Source: Alphaproteobacteria bacterium
GTDB taxonomy: Bacteria; Pseudomonadota; Alphaproteobacteria; Micavibrionales; Micavibrionaceae
Direction of reading: 5' to 3'
Assembly: GCA_039808845.1 (NCBI GenBank)
Contig: JBDHTS010000001.1
Location: 1-49,993 of the forward strand
Length of the DNA: 49,993 bases
Below are positions 43,088 to 49,993 of this stretch, one piece after another. Position 1 is the stretch's first letter. Every line of letters begins with the position of its first letter. The position numbers and the translations under genes are program-made. Under the pieces are notes generated by a model that saw only the letters and a list, made by a program, of their open reading frames with translations, made no database searches and was not told the origin of the DNA.

Positions 43088-45505
43088 ATGGCCATTCAAT
43101 CCGCCGCGCTCGATTTCAATCCCGGCGCTGTCAAGCTCGATGCCGATCTTTACCAGGTCGAAGATATTCACGGCATAACGGAAGGGTTGTCCGGCTCCGG
43201 CAACCTGAATTATCTGGTTCTGCAATCCGGGCAGACGGACGAAATTCGCCGCGATGCCGATCCGTTCAACATGCGCGAAGGCAATCTCTGGTTTTCAAAC
43301 GGCGCCGCGGCGCTGACCGAACGGACGCCGCAGAGCATCCATACCGGCGCACAGGGCGGCGATGCGTCCGGCATCCTATCGGACGGGCGTGCAGGCGGCA
43401 TCGGCGTCGATCTTCAGAACGCACGGGCGATTTCGGAACTGTCGCATGGGAATGCCGGATCCCCGCATTCCTATAATTCGGCCGTCGAGCATCAGGAGAA
43501 TGTCCCGAATTTCCGTGGCGGCGGCTCAAATGAACTGAACAGCCTGATCGAGCGTCTGGGGAATGGCACGAACGGGACATCCGGCGCGAACGGCGCGGAC
43601 GGTAAAAGCGCGGGCGCGCAGGATGGCCGGGACGGTCATGACGGTAACGACGGACATGATGGCCGCGACGGACGCAACGGAACTGGCGATCCCGGTCCGG
43701 GACCGGGTCCCGGCGACAACGGCGGGACTGATCCCGGAGACACGGACCTTCATGCCGATGCAGACACGCCTATCGGCAGCGTGACCCTTGACGTCCTGCT
43801 CGATCCGGTCGAACAGCTGGTCGGTGATATCGACATCAATGCGGGCGCACAGGTCAGCCTTGCCCCGCTGGCGCAGGGGCATCTGCCGACCATCGGCGTG
43901 AATGCCGATGCGCTGCTGCTCGGCACGCATCTTGGTATTAATACGACCACCCTGACCAACCCGGTGACGAACAGCGTCAACACGCTGCTGGATACGCTGG
44001 ACCCGATCATCAATCCCGTACTGAATCCGGTCATGAGCCCCTTGCCGCAGCCGCTGACCGACCTGATCAACGGATTTAACGGCGACGGCGATACCGATCT
44101 GGCGATCAATCCGGCCGCAGATCTTCTGGGCCTGCCGATCGCCGTCGGCGGTATCGCGGTGCCGCTGGACCCGGTCGAATCGCTTCTGGGAGACATCGAC
44201 CTGAACCTCAATCCGGCTCTGGGCGTGCTGGGCGGGGGACATCCGGTCGATCTCGGTCTGAATGGCGTTTTCAACGGCCAGGCCTTCGATTTCGACCTGC
44301 CTGGCGCCACAGGTCCACTGGCCGATCTGCTCGCGCCTCTCGACGGGCTCGGCGACCATGGCGCGGCAGAGGCCGTGAACGGACTGATCGACGATCTGGA
44401 CGCGGCGACGGGCCTGGAAGACACGCTTGATGACGCGCTCGATCCGGCGGCTGGTCTCCTGGACGATGTCCAGAGCGGCGCCGCCGGCCTGACCGGTCAT
44501 ATCCTTCAGCCGGTTGTTGATATTGCCGGAAGCATAACCGGCGACGTGGCGCAGTCCGTAACGGACACCGGGGTTATGGATCATCTGGATCATTTTCTGA
44601 CTCCCCTGGCCGACATGGTGGTTGATTTTGCCGATCAGGCGCAGGATCACCTTTCAGGAACCGCGAATGACACGCTGGCGGACCTTCATGACACGGTACA
44701 GGACGTTACGCCATCGGGTTCCGATATCGTCGGCGCCGTCCAGGACGCTGTTGACAGCCTTGTGGAGCACGTTGTGGATGCGTCCGGAGGCGTTACGGAC
44801 CCGCAAAGCATCCTGGCTGGCCTGACGCAACAGGCCGCGGAGCTTCTGACCGGCGATCCGGTGGAGGGGATTCATGGCGGGCTGGACGATGTCGCAGCGG
44901 GCGGCATCGGCAGCATCGGGGATATCCTGACGGGAGGCTCCCCGAACGGGGATACCGATCTGACCTTCCATACCGGAATCGACGCCGCCGGCACGATGGC
45001 GGAGGATCTGGGCGGCGCGGTCACGCTCGACCCGGTCGAGGCCATCGCGGGCGATATCGACATCGACGTGGATCTTGGCGCGAACGCCCTCGGCCATGCA
45101 TCAGCCCTGGGCGCCGATGCGGGCGTCGCGGCGCATGCCGATCCGATGGAAGGGCTGCTCAACGATCTTGCAAACAGCCTCTTGAATGACGGCGGCACGC
45201 AGGGAGGAGCAAACCCTCTTACGCCTTCATTGTCCGCTGTCACCGTAGAGGCCGGCGCGGGCCTTGATGCCATCGCCGGCCTCCCGTCTTCTCCGGGAGG
45301 CGCAATATTGTGGCCGGAAGCCGGAATAGGGGATGGGTTGAGCCAAGCGGCCGTCAATACGGCGACCGGTCTGGGGCAGACTGCCAATAACACCGTGGCG
45401 GCGGCCTTGCCCGATCCGGTCGGTCATGTCTCAGAGGGACTCAGTGCGGTTGTAGACCACAGCCATGCCACGGTTCATCACGCGCTGGGCGGATTGTTCG
45501 GATAA
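43088..45505 (+). CDS. Acidic, Cys-free repeat protein, putative type I secretion passenger (805 aa)
   Basis: SD ggagg lies 8 nt upstream. By my count there are about 93 Asp against 2 Lys, and no Cys. It has a collagen-like G-x-y run (aa ~160-200) and three GDTDL...LDPVExhhGDIDh modules. Exporter genes follow after 30 nt. Confidence 0.7.
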   Translation: MAIQSAALDFNPGAVKLDADLYQVEDIHGITEGLSGSGNLNYLVLQSGQTDEIRRDADPFNMREGNLWFSNGAAALTERTPQSIHTGAQGGDASGILSDGRAGGIGVDLQNARAISELSHGNAGSPHSYNSAVEHQENVPNFRGGGSNELNSLIERLGNGTNGTSGANGADGKSAGAQDGRDGHDGNDGHDGRDGRNGTGDPGPGPGPGDNGGTDPGDTDLHADADTPIGSVTLDVLLDPVEQLVGDIDINAGAQVSLAPLAQGHLPTIGVNADALLLGTHLGINTTTLTNPVTNSVNTLLDTLDPIINPVLNPVMSPLPQPLTDLINGFNGDGDTDLAINPAADLLGLPIAVGGIAVPLDPVESLLGDIDLNLNPALGVLGGGHPVDLGLNGVFNGQAFDFDLPGATGPLADLLAPLDGLGDHGAAEAVNGLIDDLDAATGLEDTLDDALDPAAGLLDDVQSGAAGLTGHILQPVVDIAGSITGDVAQSVTDTGVMDHLDHFLTPLADMVVDFADQAQDHLSGTANDTLADLHDTVQDVTPSGSDIVGAVQDAVDSLVEHVVDASGGVTDPQSILAGLTQQAAELLTGDPVEGIHGGLDDVAAGGIGSIGDILTGGSPNGDTDLTFHTGIDAAGTMAEDLGGAVTLDPVEAIAGDIDIDVDLGANALGHASALGADAGVAAHADPMEGLLNDLANSLLNDGGTQGGANPLTPSLSAVTVEAGAGLDAIAGLPSSPGGAILWPEAGIGDGLSQAAVNTATGLGQTANNTVAAALPDPVGHVSEGLSAVVDHSHATVHHALGGLFG

Positions 45506-45535
45506 GCCGTTAAAAATCAAAAGAGAGGGGCATCG

Positions 45536-47227
45536 ATGACGTTCATAAGAGAGGGGGCCGCGCGGGGCGGCCGGTCCAGCCTGCTGCTGGCGACGATGGC
45601 GATCAGCGTCCTGTCGCTGGCCCTGCCTGTGATGACGCTGCAGGTCTATGACCGCATCCTGCCCAATCCGGGGTCGGGAACGCTGGCCGTCCTGGCGGCG
45701 GGGGTGTGCGTGGCCGTGGCGCTGGAATGCTGCCTGCGGCTGGCGCGCGGATATATCATCAACTGGAACGGCGCGGCGTTCGACCACAGGATGTCGTATG
45801 AAGCCCTGGGCCATCTCCTGCATTCTGATCTGGCCGCGGCCCGCAAAATCAGCCCCGGCGAATACCTGAACCGCCTGTCCTCCATCGGCAGGATGAAGGA
45901 TTTTTTCAGCGGCAGCACCGCCGTGATCCTGTTCGAATTGATTCTCGTTCCTGTCTATTTCGCATTGATCGCCTATATCGCGGGCCCTCTTGTGCTGGTG
46001 CCTGCCGTTGTCCTGGGAGGGTTTTCAGTGCTGGCGTTCGTTTATGGACGGAAGCTGAGGGACAATCTGGAACGCCGCAACCGTGCCGACGACCAGCGTT
46101 ACGATTTCCTTCTGGACGCCCTGACCGGCATGCATACCCTGAAATCGTTCTGCCTGGAGGACGCGTTCACGCGGCGTTACGAGTGGATTGAGAAGCATTC
46201 GGCGCTGATCAACTACGACACGTCGCGCGACGCGGCGGCCAGTTTCAACGCGGCTAACGTCTTCGGGCACCTGATGTCCCTAATGATCATCGGCATCGGC
46301 GTGGAACGCGTGATCCATGGAGAGATGACGTCGGGCGCCCTGATCGCCGCGACTTTGCTGGCCGGGCGGATCATGCAGCCCGTCCAGCGCGCGCTGGGCC
46401 TGTGGGTGCGGTATCAGGATTACAAGCTGTCGAAAGCCAAGGCCGGGGAATTGTTTTCCCTGCCGACCGTAAAACGCGCAAGACGGCCTGAGCCGGCAAA
46501 AAGAGGTCAGATCCGGATCAAGGGCGTGTCATTCCGGCGCGGACCTGAGGATGGCGGGACGTTTGAAAATATCGGGCTGCATCTCAATGCGGGGGAAACC
46601 GTCCGGATCAGCGGCGGCAACGGCACGGCCAAAAGCCATCTGCTGGGCCTGATCGCCGGGCTGTATGCACCGGATTCGGGGGAGGCGCTGGTCGACGGGC
46701 TTGATCCGCTCCGCTATCCAAACGGGACTTTGCGCCGCCATGTCGGCCTTCTGAAGACCAAGGGCGAAGTGTTCCGGGGCACGATCCGCGACAACCTGAC
46801 CAGCTTTGGCAGCATCAGCGAAAAAGAAGCGCGCCGCACGACCCGCCTGCTGGGGATCGAGCGCGAGGTGGCGCGCCTGCCGCGCGGCTTCGATACCATG
46901 ATCGGCGAAAACGAGGGCGGAACCATTTCGCCCGGCTTGCAGCAGCGTATCGCCATCGCACGTGTCCTGGCCTGGGATCCGGGCATCATCCTGTTCGACA
47001 ACGCCGACCGCAACCTGGACCGCAACGGCTATCGCGCCGTGTACAGGCTGCTGGTTCATCTGAAGGGCCACAAGGCGCTGGCCCTGGTGACGGAAGACCC
47101 GAATTTCACCGGCCTGGCCGACAGGCAGCTCTGGCTTGAGCCCGGCGGGCTGCGTCCGATCGTCGCGCCGTCTTCCCGCCCGGTCGCCGCCGGGACCAGA
47201 GCCAGAGCGGCGGAGGTCGAGATATGA
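45536..47227 (+). CDS. Type I secretion ABC exporter subunit (TMD+NBD, no N-terminal accessory domain) with degenerate Walker A/B
   Basis: 563 aa. The TMD begins LPVMTLQVYDRILPN (T1SS PrtD/HlyB-like). NBD motifs are GGNGTAKS, ISPGLQQRIAIARVL, IILFDN and LVTEDP. Confidence 0.8.
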   Translation: MTFIREGAARGGRSSLLLATMAISVLSLALPVMTLQVYDRILPNPGSGTLAVLAAGVCVAVALECCLRLARGYIINWNGAAFDHRMSYEALGHLLHSDLAAARKISPGEYLNRLSSIGRMKDFFSGSTAVILFELILVPVYFALIAYIAGPLVLVPAVVLGGFSVLAFVYGRKLRDNLERRNRADDQRYDFLLDALTGMHTLKSFCLEDAFTRRYEWIEKHSALINYDTSRDAAASFNAANVFGHLMSLMIIGIGVERVIHGEMTSGALIAATLLAGRIMQPVQRALGLWVRYQDYKLSKAKAGELFSLPTVKRARRPEPAKRGQIRIKGVSFRRGPEDGGTFENIGLHLNAGETVRISGGNGTAKSHLLGLIAGLYAPDSGEALVDGLDPLRYPNGTLRRHVGLLKTKGEVFRGTIRDNLTSFGSISEKEARRTTRLLGIEREVARLPRGFDTMIGENEGGTISPGLQQRIAIARVLAWDPGIILFDNADRNLDRNGYRAVYRLLVHLKGHKALALVTEDPNFTGLADRQLWLEPGGLRPIVAPSSRPVAAGTRARAAEVEI

Positions 47228-49437
47228 TTTCCGCATCCGCCAGAAAAAGATTCGGCATGGCCGCCAGGCCGCAGGCGTCGAACGAGCAGCCGGCGGATAC
47301 CGTCAGCCGCCTGCATGAGCGTCTGCGCGAAACGGTCTGGCATGCCGTCCGCGCGGACAACGCCTGGAGCCGCGCCCTGTGCGCGCTGGTCCTAGTCAAG
47401 GCGCCACACATGCGGCAATACGCCGTGGCCGACGCCATGCCGTACGGCGAACAGCTTATCGACAGCGATTATGCCATCGAAGCCATGGCGAACCTTGGCT
47501 ATACGTGCAGCGTCCTGACGATGGAGCCGCGGGATCTCGATCCGCGCCTGCTGCCCGCGCTGTTCATTCCGGCATCGCGCCCCGATCATCCCTGCATCCT
47601 GCTGGACCGGGGCAGGATGTATGACGGGGCGCGCGGCCGTATCGTCAAAATACCGTCCAATGCCGGGCCGGGGCAGGCCATCCTGTTCCGCATGTATGAC
47701 GAGGAGCACGATCCCACCTCCAAATCCGCGCGGGCCAATACGGGCTGGCAGTGGTTCCGGACGTTGTTCAAACGCTTCAAGCCTGCCCTGGTCCGCATTT
47801 TCGCCATGGGCATGGTGCTGAATCTGATGGCGCTTGCGACGCCGTTGTTCATCATGATCGTGTACGACCGCGTGATTTCCACAAGCACGCCGTCCATCCT
47901 GCCCATGCTGGCGGCGGGGGCCGCGGCGTCTATCGGGCTGGAATGGATCCTGCGCGTCCTACGATCGCGCCATCTGTCCTGGCTGGCGACGCGGCTGGAC
48001 AATATCGTGAACAACAAGGTGTTCAGCCATCTGATGCATATGCCGCCCGCCCTGCTGGAAGGAGCGTCGGTGCAGAGCCAGATCGCGCGTCTGAAGACAT
48101 ATGAATCCGTCCGCGATTTCTTTTCCAGTCCCATATTCCTGTCGATGATCGAACTGCCGTTCACGGTGCTGGCGCTCATCTTCGTCGGCGCGGTGGCGGG
48201 GCCGCTGGTGCTGGTGCCGCTTGGTGGCGTCTGCCTCTACCTGCTCCTGTTTTTCCTCGTCTGGAGGAAGGTCCGCGTCTCCCTGAAAATCGCGGCGAAG
48301 GCGGGATCGGTGAAGCAGCGCTATATCCTCGACACGCTGATCAAGCTGGAGGATATCCGCGCGGGCGGGCTGCCCGATATCTGGCAGAAGAAATACCGCG
48401 ACATCAGCGGGCGGGAGGCCGCGGCGCATTTTCATCTGAACTGGCTGGGGCTGGTGGGCGAGACGGCGGCGAACGCCATCACCGTCCTGTCCGCCGTCGC
48501 CATCGTCGGGTTCGGGGCGGAACGTGTGTGGAGCGGGGCGATGAGCACCGGCGCGCTGGTCGCCTCCATGATCCTTGTCTGGCGTGTGCTCAATCCGTTT
48601 TACAGCCTGTGCACGATGGTGCCGCGCATCGACCAGCTGCGGAATTCCATCCGCCAGATCAACCAGCTGATGGATCTGGACACGGAAGAGCAGACGAGCC
48701 GCGCCCTGGCCAGGCCGGGGCCGTTGCAGGGAGGCATCAGCTTCGCCAATGTCGGCATGCGTTACGGCGCGGGCGATCCGGTTTTCGCGGGCCTGAGCTT
48801 CCAGGCGCAGCCGGGGCAGATCGTCGCCATCACGGGCGAGAACGGCGCGGGCAAGTCCACGTTGCTGAAGCTGGCGAAAGGGCTTTACCAGGCGCCTGCC
48901 GGCAGCGTCAGGCTCGACGGGTTCGACGTGCGCCAGCTCGATCCGGTGGCGCTGCGCCGCCGCATTGCCTATATTCCGCAAAACCCAACGTTCTTCCACG
49001 GCACGATCGAGGAAAACCTGCGCTTCGCCAATCCGCTGGCCACGCGCAGGGAAATAGAGATGGCGCTGGCGCAGGCCGACGCGCTCAAGGCCATTCTGGA
49101 TCTTCCGCGCGGGCTGGACACCGTGATCGGGGGCGAAGCGGGGATGCAATTGTCTTCGGATCTCGCGCTGCGCCTGTCTCTGGTGCGGGCCTATCTGCAC
49201 GACGCGCAGATCCTGCTGGTCGACGAATTGCCGAATTCCCTTCTGTCGGAGACGGCCGGGAAATTCCTGATGGAAGGATTGATCCGCAACCGCCGGGACC
49301 GGACGGTGCTGATGGTCACCTATCGCGCCGACATGCTGCGCTTCGCCGACCAGATCGTCTGGCTGCGCCTTGGTGAAGCACCGATGGCGGGCGAGCGGGA
49401 TTTCATGCTGCGCCAACTGAAGCAAGGCAACTGGTAA
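47224..49437 (+). CDS. Type I secretion ABC exporter subunit with N-terminal C39-like domain, canonical Walker A/B and degenerate signature motif
   Basis: 737 aa; ATGA overlap with the upstream ABC gene. The N-terminal ~170 aa contain Cys53 and His122 (RALCALVLV, RPDHPCILLD). The TMD begins ATPLFIMIVYDRVI. NBD motifs are GENGAGKST, IPQNP, LSSDLALRL, ILLVDE and MVTYR. Confidence 0.8.
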   Translation: MISASARKRFGMAARPQASNEQPADTVSRLHERLRETVWHAVRADNAWSRALCALVLVKAPHMRQYAVADAMPYGEQLIDSDYAIEAMANLGYTCSVLTMEPRDLDPRLLPALFIPASRPDHPCILLDRGRMYDGARGRIVKIPSNAGPGQAILFRMYDEEHDPTSKSARANTGWQWFRTLFKRFKPALVRIFAMGMVLNLMALATPLFIMIVYDRVISTSTPSILPMLAAGAAASIGLEWILRVLRSRHLSWLATRLDNIVNNKVFSHLMHMPPALLEGASVQSQIARLKTYESVRDFFSSPIFLSMIELPFTVLALIFVGAVAGPLVLVPLGGVCLYLLLFFLVWRKVRVSLKIAAKAGSVKQRYILDTLIKLEDIRAGGLPDIWQKKYRDISGREAAAHFHLNWLGLVGETAANAITVLSAVAIVGFGAERVWSGAMSTGALVASMILVWRVLNPFYSLCTMVPRIDQLRNSIRQINQLMDLDTEEQTSRALARPGPLQGGISFANVGMRYGAGDPVFAGLSFQAQPGQIVAITGENGAGKSTLLKLAKGLYQAPAGSVRLDGFDVRQLDPVALRRRIAYIPQNPTFFHGTIEENLRFANPLATRREIEMALAQADALKAILDLPRGLDTVIGGEAGMQLSSDLALRLSLVRAYLHDAQILLVDELPNSLLSETAGKFLMEGLIRNRRDRTVLMVTYRADMLRFADQIVWLRLGEAPMAGERDFMLRQLKQGNW

Positions 49438-49465
49438 CATCACCGATTACAAGAGGGGCAAGACC

Positions 49466-49993
49466 ATGATCAAATCCATGACACAAAGCGAGCGGCAGTT
49501 CCGCCACCTGACCCAGTCGGAAAAGCTGGAGGAGTCGGAAGACCCGATCCTCGTCCGCATGACCCTGGCGGCAATCAGCGCCTGCATCGTCGGGTTCGTG
49601 TTGTGGGCGTCCGTCACTAACGTCAACGAAGTGGCGCGGACGCCCGGCGAAATCGTGCCGCAGGGGTTTCAGCAGACCGTCCAGCATCTGGAGGGCGGGA
49701 TCGTCCGTCAGATCCTGGCGCGGGAAGGGCAGGAAGTGCAGAAAGGCCAGATCCTCGCCGTTCTCGATGGAAACGGCGCGCAGCAGGACATGAAGCGCGC
49801 GGCGGCTCATCAGGTGGCGCTTGAACTGCAAAAGGAGCGCCTGCGGGCCTATATCGACGGGCGCCAGCCGGATTTCCGGCGCTTTATCGGACTCGCTGAT
49901 CCGAAAATGATCCAGGACCAGAAAGACGCGTTCGCGGCGATGATGGATGCGCGCGGCAAGGAAAAGGATATTATCCGCGACCAGATCAGTCAG
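49466..49993 (+). CDS. HlyD-family type I secretion membrane-fusion (periplasmic adaptor) protein, N-terminal 176 codons (runs off the window end)
   Basis: Absent from the ORF track because it is open-ended. My translation from the ATG at 49466 reads MIKSMTQSERQFRHL...LVRMTLAAISACIVGFVLWASVTNVNEVARTPGEIVPQGFQQTVQHLEGGIVRQILAREGQEVQKGQILAVLDG..., i.e. a TM anchor plus the lipoyl-like motif typical of HlyD/PrtE. Confidence 0.8.
   Translation, partial: MIKSMTQSERQFRHLTQSEKLEESEDPILVRMTLAAISACIVGFVLWASVTNVNEVARTPGEIVPQGFQQTVQHLEGGIVRQILAREGQEVQKGQILAVLDGNGAQQDMKRAAAHQVALELQKERLRAYIDGRQPDFRRFIGLADPKMIQDQKDAFAAMMDARGKEKDIIRDQISQ

Noticed and set aside
43394-43420. A classical RTX toxin call for the 805-aa protein, based on GGIGVDLQN.
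   Set aside because: It has only a single nonapeptide-like unit. RTX proteins carry tandem arrays of GGxGxDxUx. I therefore describe it as a non-RTX putative T1SS passenger.
43565-43726. A periodic gacgg-/ggc-rich DNA stretch that could be mistaken for a tandem repeat or CRISPR-like array.
   Set aside because: The periodicity is 9 nt or less and comes from G-x-D codon triplets inside a long ORF. There are no 25-40-nt repeats with unique spacers anywhere in the window, so there is no CRISPR array.

Overview
About 50 kb of gene-dense chromosomal DNA, G+C roughly 60% by eye. Gene content and order (tig-clpP-lon-hupB-tRNA-Val, kbl/tdh, lptD, parE, hom-recJ, lemA-TPM-TPM, mprF, phaC) look alphaproteobacterial; that is inference, since no database search was possible. 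I can support 40 protein-coding genes, one gene fragment and 6 tRNAs (Glu-TTC, His-GTG, Leu-TAG, Val-TAC, Val-CAC, Asp-GTC). I also see several intrinsic terminators and three families of short intergenic repeats. I saw no rRNA, CRISPR array, integrase or transposase. Most long ORFs in the track that lie antisense to these genes are Arg/Pro/Gly-rich shadow frames typical of high-GC DNA. The housekeeping backbone is interrupted by patches of visibly lower G+C. (i) 7.5-10.05 kb holds a small ORF, a long LpxH-like metallophosphoesterase and a small membrane protein. (ii) 15.8-16.9 kb is a hicBA toxin-antitoxin cassette plus a small basic ORF, wedged between kbl and tdh. (iii) 31.3-35.0 kb carries three orphan ORFs nested between tig and clpP and bracketed by diverged duplicate copies of the tig 3' end and the clpP leader; clpX is absent from its usual place between clpP and lon. 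(iv) pip lies between hupB and tRNA-Val. The most interesting locus is at the right end (43.1-50.0 kb, just after tRNA-Asp and a terminator). It encodes a Cys-free, Asp-rich 805-aa protein with repeat modules I do not recognise and no RTX array. This is followed by two translationally coupled ABC exporter genes whose nucleotide-binding motifs are degenerate in a complementary way, then an HlyD-type adaptor that runs off the window. I read this as an atypical heterodimeric type I secretion system with a novel passenger. All coordinates and motifs were read by eye, and homology calls rest on remembered family signatures.
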